DNA of 63,854 nt from Elusimicrobiota bacterium (GTDB taxonomy: Bacteria > Elusimicrobiota > Elusimicrobia > Elusimicrobiales > UBA9959): contig DMES01000073.1 in the NCBI GenBank assembly GCA_003450815.1, positions 1 to 63,854 of the forward strand, in the 5' to 3' direction. The position numbers and the translations under genes are program-made. The notes under the pieces were generated by a model, which searched no databases, was not told the DNA's origin, and saw only the letters and a list, made by a program, of their open reading frames with translations. Shown piece after piece: positions 54,431 through 63,285 of this stretch. The stretch's first letter is position 1, and the number at the start of each line of letters is the position of its first letter.

Positions 54431-56938
54431 ATGTGCGGTGTTATTGGTCTGCGATGCGGGAAAGACAGGGAAGACCTGGGCGCGGTTGCCTCCAGGCTTT
54501 TGAGGATGCTTGAATACCGCGGCTACGATTCAACCGGCGCGCTTATCCAGAATTCCAGCGGTGATATTGTGCTGAAAAAGGATGTGGGCGCTCCCACAAT
54601 AATCACGAAAAAGCTGGGAATCGACAAACTTGCCGGCAAACTGTTCTGCGGCCAGGTGCGTTGGGCCACTTTTGGGATGGTAACAAAGGAAAATGCCCAG
54701 CCTCATGAAGTGCGCTGCCACACGCATATTTACGGCGCCCATAACGGCAACATCACCAACTGCGACCAGCTCAAGGTCTGGCTGACCCGGGAGGGACACC
54801 GGGTGCTCAGCGACAACGACGGGGAGATGCTCGTCCACACGGTCGAGCACTTCTTCGCCCTCCAGCTCAGGAAGACCTCCGACCGGAAAGCGGCGCTCAA
54901 GGCCGCCATCCTGGAAGCGTCCAGGAGGATGGTCGGCTCCTACGCCGCCGTCGTCGTCGACCCCGTGACCCACCGCCTCGCCGCGATCAAGGCCGGGAGC
55001 AGCCTCTACATGGGCCTGGGCGACGACGCAAAGCACGGCCCCTTCCTCATCGCCTCCTCGGACCTCGCCTCCGTGCTGTCTTTGACCAAGATCCTCCTTC
55101 CCATCAGCGAAAACGAGTTCGCCCTCTTCACGCACGAGCGCGCCGAGTTCCACCACCTGCGCACCGGCAAGGCCATCCAGAAGGAGCCCGTGCGCAGCCG
55201 CCTGAAGGTGGAGGAGACGGAGCTCAAGGAGCCCTTCCAGTACTTCATGCAGCAGGAGATCTTCAGCCAGCCCGACGCGGCGCGCAAGGTCATCGCCCTC
55301 TTCCTTCGGCGTTCGCCCGCCATCCAGGCCGCCCAGGCTTTCGTCCGCAAGCACCCGGCCCTGGCCAAGGCCCTGTGCAGGGCCCTGCAGGACCTCGCCG
55401 GGATCACTCACGCCGAAGAGCTCAAGACCGCCTTCGGACGCTTCGCGCGGGGAGCGGCCTTCCGCCAGGCGGGCCGGCTGGCCCAAGGAGAGGTCTTCAA
55501 GGGGGGGAGCTTCGAGTCCTCCCTGGGGAGCTTCCTCGAGGAGCTCGCGAAGCTCGCTCCGGCGGGCTCCTACCCCGCGCTCAAGCTGTCCGACGGGCTC
55601 CTCCTGCTGGAGGAGGCCGATGATATCGAGAAACGGACCGATCGGTTCGTTTCTCGCCTGCTGGCCGCGCACCGCAAGGGCGGCTCGATCCTCCTCATCG
55701 CCTGCGGCACCTCCTACCACGCGGCCAAGGTCGCCTCGGTCTTCTTCAACAAGATCGCGGGCCTGCGGGTGAGCGCGATGCTGCCCGGGGACTTCCGGGC
55801 CGAATGCGCGGACTCCCTCAAGGACGGGGACCTGCTCATCGGCATCAGCCAGAGCGGCGAGACCAAGGACCTCATCGACGTCATCAACCTCGTGCGGGCG
55901 GGGGGGAAGAAGGTCGGCGTCCTCACCGTGCTCAACAACGTCAACTCGACGTTGGCCCTCGAGAAGACCGACCTCTACCTCCCGCTCTTCTGCGGCCCCG
56001 AGATCGCCGTGCCGGCCACGAAGAGCTTCATGAACCAGCTCGCCGTCCTCTACGTGCTGGCGCTCAAGGCCGCCGAACGGATGGGACGCCGGGACGCCCG
56101 CCGGCGCTTGGAGAACCTGCTGCGCGTGCCGGCCCTCCTGGAGGAGACCCTCGCCTCCACCAAGGACGCCGTGGACCAGGCCGCGCTCGCCCTCTACATG
56201 GAGCCGAGCCTCCACATCCTGGCGACCGGGATGGGCGGGGTCGCGAAGGAAGGCGCGCTCAAGGTCCGGGAGGTCGTGCTCAACCACACCGAGGGCTACG
56301 AGGGCGCCGAGTTCAAGCACGGCCCCAACACCATCCTCGGGGTCAACACCGTATTCGGGCTCGAGGCAGTCCGGGCCATCCTGGAGAAGTTCGCCGCCTT
56401 CTCGGGGGAAGCCGCGAAGACGCTCTCGGCGAGGAGTCTCGCCCGCCTCTACCGCGCCGTGGCGGGCTACGCGTTCGAAGACCTTCCCCCGGGGGATCTG
56501 AGCGCGGCCGAGCGGCGGGCCTTCGAGAAGGTCTTCGAGAAGCACGACCTCTTCCGGAGCCTCTACACGAACTATCCGCTCCTGTTCGTGACGGGCCCCT
56601 CCGAGCGCGACGTGAACCTCACGGTCTCGCAGATCAACACCCACAAGATCCGCGGCGCCGACATCCACATCGTCGCCGAGGAGAGCCCGGCCCTTCGGGA
56701 CGCTTCGGCCAAGGCCCCGCCCGCCCGCTTCGGCGAGAAGTACGAGACCGTCTTCATCCGCCTGCCCCGCACCGACGACGATCTCCTCCCCTTCTTCACC
56801 AGCACCCTCGTCCTGCAGCTGCTCGCCCTGCACATGAGCGTGCGCAAGCTCTCCCTGCTCGACAAGCTCGAGATCGAGGAGCACGGGGTGCATCCCGACT
56901 CCCCGAAGAACGTCAGCAAATCGATCACGGTGGATTAG
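54431..56938 (+). CDS. glmS: Glutamine-fructose-6-phosphate aminotransferase, long variant
   Basis: MCG start, LEYRGYDS, RWAT, HNGNITN, SQSGET, GPEIAVPATK, EFKHGP, PKNVSKSITVD. Confidence 0.88.
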   Translation: MCGVIGLRCGKDREDLGAVASRLLRMLEYRGYDSTGALIQNSSGDIVLKKDVGAPTIITKKLGIDKLAGKLFCGQVRWATFGMVTKENAQPHEVRCHTHIYGAHNGNITNCDQLKVWLTREGHRVLSDNDGEMLVHTVEHFFALQLRKTSDRKAALKAAILEASRRMVGSYAAVVVDPVTHRLAAIKAGSSLYMGLGDDAKHGPFLIASSDLASVLSLTKILLPISENEFALFTHERAEFHHLRTGKAIQKEPVRSRLKVEETELKEPFQYFMQQEIFSQPDAARKVIALFLRRSPAIQAAQAFVRKHPALAKALCRALQDLAGITHAEELKTAFGRFARGAAFRQAGRLAQGEVFKGGSFESSLGSFLEELAKLAPAGSYPALKLSDGLLLLEEADDIEKRTDRFVSRLLAAHRKGGSILLIACGTSYHAAKVASVFFNKIAGLRVSAMLPGDFRAECADSLKDGDLLIGISQSGETKDLIDVINLVRAGGKKVGVLTVLNNVNSTLALEKTDLYLPLFCGPEIAVPATKSFMNQLAVLYVLALKAAERMGRRDARRRLENLLRVPALLEETLASTKDAVDQAALALYMEPSLHILATGMGGVAKEGALKVREVVLNHTEGYEGAEFKHGPNTILGVNTVFGLEAVRAILEKFAAFSGEAAKTLSARSLARLYRAVAGYAFEDLPPGDLSAAERRAFEKVFEKHDLFRSLYTNYPLLFVTGPSERDVNLTVSQINTHKIRGADIHIVAEESPALRDASAKAPPARFGEKYETVFIRLPRTDDDLLPFFTSTLVLQLLALHMSVRKLSLLDKLEIEEHGVHPDSPKNVSKSITVD

Positions 56939-56939
56939 C

Positions 56940-59174
56940 ATGACCCTCCTCCTCCTGTCGGCTCTCGCCGTCGCCGAGCCGCCCGCCGTCCTCCCCGGGC
57001 TGGAGGCGGAGACCGCCGCTGAGGCGGCGGTCTCCGCCCCGCCCTCCGGGCTCGATGAACGCGTGGAGGAACTGCTCCGGCAGATGACCCTCGAGGAGAA
57101 ACTCGGCCAGCTCCAGCAGCTCGACGGCGAGGCCGGCGGGGACTACCGCCCCGAGCACCTGGAGCTGGCCCGCCAGGGCCGGCTCGGCTCGACCTTGAAC
57201 GTCCGCGGCGCCAAGCGGGTCAACGAACTGCAGAAGGCCGCCCTCGAGTCGCGGCTGAGGATCCCCATCCTCTTCGGCTACGACGTGATCCACGGCTTCA
57301 AGACGATCTTCCCCATCCCGCTCGGGGAGGCGGCCAGCTTCGACCCGGCCGCGGCGGAGAGGTCGGCGGCCATAGCCGCCGCCGAGGCCTCCGCCGCCGG
57401 CGTGCGCTGGACCTTCGCGCCGATGGTGGACATCGCCCGCGACCCGCGCTGGGGGCGCGTGGCCGAGGGCGCGGGCGAGGACCCCTACCTCGGCTCCGTC
57501 ATGGCCTGGGCCCGGGTGAAGGGCTTCCAGGGCGAGGACCTCACGGCCCAGGACAAGGTGCTCGCCTGCGCCAAGCACTGGGCCGCCTACGGCGCGGCCG
57601 AGGCCGGCCGGGACTACAACACGACCGACCTCTCCGAGCACACCTTGCGCAGCGTCGTCTTCCCGCCCTTCAGGGCGGCGCTCGAGGCCGGGGCCCTGAC
57701 CTTCATGAGCGCCTTCAACGACTTGAACGGGGTGCCCGCCACCGCCAACCCTTTCCTCATGACCCAGGTGCTGCGCCAGGAGTGGGGCTTCGAGGGTTTC
57801 GTGGTGAGCGACTACACGGCCGTGCAGGAGCTGGTGGCCCACGGTCTGGCCTCCGACGGGGCGGAAGCGGCGCGCCGGGCTCTGGGCGCCGGCACCGACA
57901 TGGAGATGGTCAGCCGGCTCTATAACCAGCACGGCGCACGGCTCGTCCAGGAGGGGCGCCTGCCGCTCGCCGTCATCGACGAAGCCGTCCGGCGCGTTCT
58001 GCGGGTCAAGTTCCGCGCGGGGCTTTTCGAGCGTCCCTACGCCGAGCTCGGGCGGGAGAGCCCCGTCCTGCGCTCGGACCACCTCAAGGCCGCCCGCCTC
58101 ATCGCCGCCCGGAGCATGGTGCTTCTGCGCAACGAGGGGGGCGTCCTCCCGCTCGACAAGCGCATCCGCACCCTCGCGGTCATCGGCCCCCTGGCCGACG
58201 ACAAGCGGAGCATGCTGGGCACCTGGCCCGCCGACGGGAGGGCCGAGGACGCCGTGAGCGTGCTAGAGGGCCTGCGGGGCAAGACCTTTCCGGAGGCGAA
58301 GGTCCTCTACGCCAAGGGCTGCGCCTTGGCGGGGGAGGGAGCCGAGGGCTTGGACGAGGCCGTGCGCGTGGCCCAGCAGGCCGACGCCGCGGTGGTGGTG
58401 GTGGGCGAGGACGCCGACATGAGCGGCGAGGCCGCCTCCCGCGCCGCCCTCGACCTCCCCGGCCGCCAGCTCGACCTGGTGCGCGCGGTCCTGGGGACGG
58501 GGACGCCCACCGTGGTGGTCCTCATGAACGGGCGCCCGCTGACCATCCCCTGGATCGCGGAGAATGTCCCGGCCGTGCTGGAGGCCTGGCATCCCGGGGT
58601 GCAGGCGGGCCACGCGGTGGCGGACGTGCTCTTCGGGGACGTGAACCCCGGAGGCAAGCTGCCCATCACCTTCCCGCGCTCGGTCGGGCAGATCCCCATC
58701 TACTACGCCCACAAGAGCACGGGCCGCCCGCCGGATGCGAAGAACAAGTACACCTCGAAGTATCTGGACTCGCCCGTCACGCCCCTCTACCCTTTCGGGC
58801 ACGGGCTGAGCTACACGAGCTTCGAGCTCTCGGACCTGGCCCTGAGCGCCAAGACCCTCCCGCCGGACGGGAAGCTCACCGCGAGCGTCCAGGTGGAGAA
58901 CACGGGGAACCGGCCGGGGGACGAGGTCGTCCAGCTCTATATCCAGGACGCCGACGCGAGCGTGACCCGGCCTGTCCGGGAGCTTCGGGGCTTCGAGCGC
59001 GTGACGCTCAAGCCCGGCGAGAAGCGCAAGGTCGAGTTCCCGCTGACCCCCGAGCACCTGGGCTTCTACGGCCGGGATTCGCGCTTCATCGTGGAGCCGG
59101 GGCTCTTCCGGGTCTTCGCGGCCGCGAGCTCGGTCGGGGGCCTCGAGGCTTCCTTCGAGGTCGTACCGAAATAG
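56940..59174 (+). CDS. bglX: GH3 beta-glucosidase (BglX-like)
   Basis: MTLEEKLGQ, DVIHG, RDPRWGR, KHWAAYG, VVSDY, YPFGHGLSYT, C-terminal Fn3-like domain. Confidence 0.92.
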   Translation: MTLLLLSALAVAEPPAVLPGLEAETAAEAAVSAPPSGLDERVEELLRQMTLEEKLGQLQQLDGEAGGDYRPEHLELARQGRLGSTLNVRGAKRVNELQKAALESRLRIPILFGYDVIHGFKTIFPIPLGEAASFDPAAAERSAAIAAAEASAAGVRWTFAPMVDIARDPRWGRVAEGAGEDPYLGSVMAWARVKGFQGEDLTAQDKVLACAKHWAAYGAAEAGRDYNTTDLSEHTLRSVVFPPFRAALEAGALTFMSAFNDLNGVPATANPFLMTQVLRQEWGFEGFVVSDYTAVQELVAHGLASDGAEAARRALGAGTDMEMVSRLYNQHGARLVQEGRLPLAVIDEAVRRVLRVKFRAGLFERPYAELGRESPVLRSDHLKAARLIAARSMVLLRNEGGVLPLDKRIRTLAVIGPLADDKRSMLGTWPADGRAEDAVSVLEGLRGKTFPEAKVLYAKGCALAGEGAEGLDEAVRVAQQADAAVVVVGEDADMSGEAASRAALDLPGRQLDLVRAVLGTGTPTVVVLMNGRPLTIPWIAENVPAVLEAWHPGVQAGHAVADVLFGDVNPGGKLPITFPRSVGQIPIYYAHKSTGRPPDAKNKYTSKYLDSPVTPLYPFGHGLSYTSFELSDLALSAKTLPPDGKLTASVQVENTGNRPGDEVVQLYIQDADASVTRPVRELRGFERVTLKPGEKRKVEFPLTPEHLGFYGRDSRFIVEPGLFRVFAAASSVGGLEASFEVVPK

Positions 59175-59179
59175 GTAGA

Positions 59180-60277
59180 ATGGGGAACGCCATGCCCGCG
59201 CGCATCTTGATCGTGGACGACGACGACCTCATCCAGACCCTCGCCAAGAGCGCGCTCGAGGGAGCGGGTTTCGAGGCCGAGGCCTGCGGCACCGTGAAGG
59301 AGGCCTTGGAGCTCATCCGCAAGGCCCCGCCCAGCCTCCTCATCCTCGACATCAAGCTGCCCGACGGGAGCGGCAAGGACGTCTGCCGCGAGCTGCGCAA
59401 GTCCGGAGGCGATGCGCCGGTGATCTTCCTGACGGCCTTCCGCGACCTGCACACGCGCCTGGAGTGCTTCAACCTCGGAGCGCAGGACTACCTGCAGAAG
59501 CCCTTCTCCATCGAGGAGCTGCTCGCGCGGGTGAACGTGCACCTGGGGATCAAGAAGTCCCACGATGAGCTCATGCGCAAGAACTACGAGCTCGAGCTCA
59601 AGGGCCGGCTGCGCCAGGACCTCACCGACATGCTGGTCCACGACCTGCGCGCCCCCCTGACCTCCATCCACGGCACGCTCGAGCTCATCAAGATGCGGGG
59701 GCTCATCACGGAAGCGGACTACGCGCGCCTGCTCGACTGCGCGGGGACGGCCGCCGAGTTCATGATCCTGATGCTCAACGACCTGCTCGACATCAGCCAG
59801 GCCGAGCAGGCCCAGCTCGAGCCCCAGCTCGAGGAGGTCGATCTCCACCAGCTCTGCGCCAAGCTCCAGGAGCTCTTCGCGACCAAGTGCAAGCGCTTGG
59901 AAAAGCCTCTGGAGGTCCGTTCCGGCGGGGTGCTCAGCGTGCGCTCCGACCCGAGCCTGCTCTTCCGCATCCTGGTCAACCTGGTCTCGAACGCCCTCGG
60001 CATGACCCGTCAGGGCACCTCCGTGGAGGTCGAGTGCGTCCAGGGGCCCAACGGTCTACGCTTCGTCGTCCTGGACCGGGGCCCGGGCGTGGCCGACCCC
60101 GAGAAGGCGCGCATCTTCCAGAAGTTCGTCACCAAGCGGGAGGGCGGCAACGCCTTCGAGAAGGCCGGCCGCGGCATCGGGCTCACCTTCTGCCGGCTGG
60201 CCGCGGAGGCCCTCAAGGCCCGCCTCTGGGTGGAAGACCGCGAGGGCGGCGGCAGCCGCTTCGTCCTGGAACTCTAA
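59180..60277 (+). CDS. Hybrid response regulator-histidine kinase
   Basis: Receiver (VDDD, LDIKLP, KPF) + HDLRAPL + NLVSNA, DRGPGV, GIGL; start may be 59192. Confidence 0.92.
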   Translation: MGNAMPARILIVDDDDLIQTLAKSALEGAGFEAEACGTVKEALELIRKAPPSLLILDIKLPDGSGKDVCRELRKSGGDAPVIFLTAFRDLHTRLECFNLGAQDYLQKPFSIEELLARVNVHLGIKKSHDELMRKNYELELKGRLRQDLTDMLVHDLRAPLTSIHGTLELIKMRGLITEADYARLLDCAGTAAEFMILMLNDLLDISQAEQAQLEPQLEEVDLHQLCAKLQELFATKCKRLEKPLEVRSGGVLSVRSDPSLLFRILVNLVSNALGMTRQGTSVEVECVQGPNGLRFVVLDRGPGVADPEKARIFQKFVTKREGGNAFEKAGRGIGLTFCRLAAEALKARLWVEDREGGGSRFVLEL

Positions 60278-60293
60278 GCTCTCTCAGCGCTTC

Positions 60294-60683
60294 CTAGGGT
60301 CTGTCTTCGAGGGCCGTGATGCGGCGCTCGTGGTCGTTGAGCTGGTGCTTGCGGACGGCGAGGCGGTATTCGTAGCTCGCGAGGCCCTTGGTCAGGCCGT
60401 CGATATGGCCGATGACGGTGCGGATGTCGGCCTTGGTGGCCATGTTTTCCTTGACCTCGCGAAGCTCGGCTTGCGTCTTGACCAGGCCGACGGCGACGCG
60501 GGAGATGTCGGCCTTGAGCTCGGTCTTGAGCGCGGTCAGACCGCTTTCCAGCATGGCCTGCGTGGCTTCCCTGTGCTTCGACATGTCGCTCTTCATCAGA
60601 GCGACTATGTCGGTCTTGAGTACGGTCAGGTCGGCCTGCGTGGCGGGCTTGTCTCCGTTCGTCTTCTTCCCCATCTCGGACAT
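60294..60683 (-). CDS. Coiled-coil hypothetical protein (ATKAD/Bdr-like repeats)
   Basis: ATQADL, LKADI, MATKADI repeats; ends DHERRITALE. Confidence 0.7.
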   Translation of the reverse strand: MSEMGKKTNGDKPATQADLTVLKTDIVALMKSDMSKHREATQAMLESGLTALKTELKADISRVAVGLVKTQAELREVKENMATKADIRTVIGHIDGLTKGLASYEYRLAVRKHQLNDHERRITALEDRP

Positions 60684-61092
60684 GATACCAGTTCTCCTTG
60701 GCGCGGCGTAGGGCCCAAGGGCCCACCCACAAGTACGGATGTGGGCCCTGAAAAGTTCCCGCGACCGGGATGCTGAAGCGGCTGGAGTACCTCAAGAAGA
60801 TGGGGGTTGTGGCGTACACCACGGAGGGTAAGGCGACGGGCGGGCGGCCTCGTCGGCTGGTGATGGAGCCGGTGGAGTTCTTGAGGAGGTTCGCTCTGCT
60901 GGCGCCTCCGCCGAACAGGAACATCGTGCGCTACTATGGGGCGCTGGGGCCGAACGCGCCCATTCGAAGGCTTGTGAGCGAGGAGGCGCGCAAGCAGGCG
61001 AGGCGCTTAAAAGCAGTTAAAGCGGTCGCGAAAGCATGTGAGCGGGCCCGGGGATGCGTGAGCTCTTGGGCGGCGTGCCTGAGCAAGGTCTT

Positions 61093-61160
61093 CGTCCCGA
61101 ACATCCAGAATCCGTAGGTTCGGGACGTCCAAAACCTACGACGTCTGGATGTTTTGGACG
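61093..61160. mobile_element. 68-bp double-hairpin miniature insertion, copy 1
   Basis: CG-flanked; absent from the duplicate target at 62311-62329. Confidence 0.75.
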
Positions 61161-61357
61161 AGGTAGAGCCCCTGGTTTGTCGTGTGTGCTCGACGGAGAT
61201 GGTCCCGGTGGCGGTCCCCTTCGCGCTTAGGCGCTACGGGGACTGCGGCAGAGGAGAACGGCATGCCGCTGTCATCATGAACGACTCCGAGCTGGTGCGC
61301 CTGCTGAGGCATCTGAAGCTGCCGGTCGACTTCCCTAAGACGGTGCCTGCAAGAAGC

Positions 61358-61425
61358 CGTCCAAACCTTCCAAACGCCGTAGGTTTGGACGTATCGAACC
61401 TACGCCGTTTGGAAAGTTCGATACG
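61358..61425. mobile_element. 68-bp double-hairpin miniature insertion, copy 2
   Basis: Same length and architecture as 61093-61160, different stem sequence. Confidence 0.7.
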
Positions 61426-61567
61426 TCCTCCGCACCCTCCGCGCCCCTAGGCGCTTCGGGTGCGGCGGAGCGGAAGAACGGCCTGCCGCCGCCGGACCCG
61501 TTCGACGACTGCGGGATCGATCCGCATACTCCCTCTCTAAAGCCGCTTCCGCTCCTCTTTTGATAGA

Positions 61568-61933
61568 ATGAATCTCGTGGACGCTGAAGCCCATCTCGTC
61601 AAGGACAAGCTGACGCCAGCCCAAGCCAAGGAACTGGCGACAGAATGCTTCGGCGACATGTTCAAGATCGTCGTCGACATCGAGCGCGGCGTCCTAGCCG
61701 CCGGCGGCATGCTGCACGCAGACGCGGAAGAACTGCTTTTGAGCGACGGATCCTCCCAAGACGATCTTTGGGGCGCCAACTACCTTCCAGGCCGCGACCC
61801 CGGCCTAAAACTCGAATATACGGCTCTCATCAACATCCGGCCGGCGCTCGGCAACCGCGACCAGGAGATCAAGTCCGAAGCTGTCCGCAGGAAAGTGCGC
61901 GAAGTCGTGGAAAGGCTCATCGGCCCAGCATGA
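61568..61933 (+). CDS. DUF5674 family protein
   Basis: FGDMFKIVVDIER..GGMLHADAE..GSSQDDLWGAN..INIRP; true start may be GTG 61577. Confidence 0.82.
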   Translation: MNLVDAEAHLVKDKLTPAQAKELATECFGDMFKIVVDIERGVLAAGGMLHADAEELLLSDGSSQDDLWGANYLPGRDPGLKLEYTALINIRPALGNRDQEIKSEAVRRKVREVVERLIGPA

Positions 61934-62241
61934 GATACCACAAGTCACTGAGCATCGAGAGGCTGCGCGGGATGCCATGGAAGACCCAGGTCGGGATGGT
62001 CGCCTCCGAGCTCGGCCGCACCGCCCGCCTGACGGAGACCGGCGGAGGCCCCGAGGTCTCTGGCTGTCTGCTGCGCGCGCGGGAGCTCATGGGCGTCCTC
62101 GAATCGCTCCCGACCATCCCTTCCGAGACGGGACTGATCCTCTCCCGGATAGCCGAGCAGCTCGCTCGGGGCAGGCTCCAGGACGCTCCCTCCAAAGCGC
62201 AGGACCTTTACTGTCGTCTGATGGCAGTCTACTCCAGCTGA
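61930..62241 (+). CDS. Small helical partner of DUF5674
   Basis: ATGA overlap; MRYHKSL..QVGMVASELGR..CLLRAREL. Confidence 0.72.
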   Translation: MRYHKSLSIERLRGMPWKTQVGMVASELGRTARLTETGGGPEVSGCLLRARELMGVLESLPTIPSETGLILSRIAEQLARGRLQDAPSKAQDLYCRLMAVYSS

Positions 62242-62248
62242 GACCGGC

Positions 62249-62329
62249 TAAAGCGGTCGCGAGAGCACGTGAACGGGTCCGGGGATGCGTGAGCTCTTGG
62301 GCGGCGTGCCTGAGCAAGGTCTTTGAGGT
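62249..62329 (+). repeat. Second copy of an IS91-relic segment
   Basis: Near-identical to 61018-61094 joined to 61161-61164. Confidence 0.88.
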
Positions 62330-62334
62330 CGGCC

Positions 62335-62868
62335 CTATCTCAGTAGCTGAGGCGTCTGCTCGGCCGGCGTCTGCGCCGGTTGGGGGGTGGGGTCCTCGAA
62401 CTTCGGGGCCCGCTCGCGGGAGGCCGCGGGGTTCTCCTCTTTCAGGGGCGGGAGCGCCTGCTTGGAGTCCTTCTTGGAGGCCGCTTTCTCGGTTTCATCC
62501 GGCACGCAGGCGTAGTCGCGCTTCCCCTTCGTCTCGGTCGTCTTGCAGCGCTGGCCCTGCGGGCAGACCTTCGTCCCACAGCGGCCGACCTCCACGCCCT
62601 TGCGCAGGTAGCTGTAGCGCTTGAGGCAGGTCATCGCCCGCGAGGCCGACACCCCGGACTCCTTCTGGGCCTGGGCGCACTCCGCGCCGTCGCAGGCCGC
62701 TTCGACCCGGTCTCCCTGCGCATCATCCTTCCGGTGCAGGCAGGTGTAGAGGGCCTGGTCCTGGGTGCCGCCCTGGGTCACGGCGATCTCGGGGGCTTTG
62801 GGCAGGGTCGTATCCAGAGCGTGGGCGGGGAGGATCAAGACGGCGAGCAGGGCGGTGGGATAGGTCAT
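62335..62868 (-). CDS. Secreted Cys-rich hypothetical protein
   Basis: Signal peptide (AHA-L), 8 Cys; TGnTATACT 6 nt before ATG. Confidence 0.72.
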   Translation of the reverse strand: MTYPTALLAVLILPAHALDTTLPKAPEIAVTQGGTQDQALYTCLHRKDDAQGDRVEAACDGAECAQAQKESGVSASRAMTCLKRYSYLRKGVEVGRCGTKVCPQGQRCKTTETKGKRDYACVPDETEKAASKKDSKQALPPLKEENPAASRERAPKFEDPTPQPAQTPAEQTPQLLR

Positions 62869-62895
62869 GTGCGTAGTATATCAAACAGCGTCTTT

Positions 62896-63285
62896 CTAGA
62901 AATCCGCCGGCGACAGTATCCGTATCCCCATGAACGGGTCTCTCGGGAAATCCCGCAGGTTCCCCGTTATGAGGTGCGTAGCCCGCCCTGACAACGCGCA
63001 GGCGAGGAACATGTCGTCTGCGGGGTCCTTGCAGGCCTGAAAACTCTCCCAAGGCCGGATGACGATCGCCGTCTGCCCCAATCGCAGGATCGTCTCCCGA
63101 ACGGCCGCGGCGGGCAATCCGAACTTCGCCCGCGACAGGACGTCCTGATACTCTTCCAGGATCGCCGGACTGGCAAGGAGCTCCCAGCGAGCTTCCAGGA
63201 CACCCTCGAAGACCTCCGCGGGCGTGCCGAGCGGGTTCAGCAGAGCGGACACCAGGACGTTGGTGTCGAGGACGATCCTAGGCAC
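62896..63285 (-). CDS. PIN-domain toxin
   Basis: IVLDTNVLVSA, ILEEY, DPADDMFL, LITGN. Confidence 0.92.
   Translation of the reverse strand: MPRIVLDTNVLVSALLNPLGTPAEVFEGVLEARWELLASPAILEEYQDVLSRAKFGLPAAAVRETILRLGQTAIVIRPWESFQACKDPADDMFLACALSGRATHLITGNLRDFPRDPFMGIRILSPADF

Larger units (their letters stand above)
60770..61540 (+). pseudogene. IS91/ISCR-family (Y2) transposase C-terminal relic interrupted by small insertions
   Basis: PVEFLRRFALLAPPP..VRYYGAL, SWAACLSKVF|EVEPLVCRVCSTEM, LRHLKLP..ARS.PP; N-terminal part absent. Confidence 0.75.

Noticed and set aside
54530-56941. 803-aa antisense ORF (and other long antisense/overlapping ORFs at 55804, 56925, 58263, 59066)
   Set aside because: Shadow frames of high-GC3 genes glmS, bglX and the kinase; no motifs
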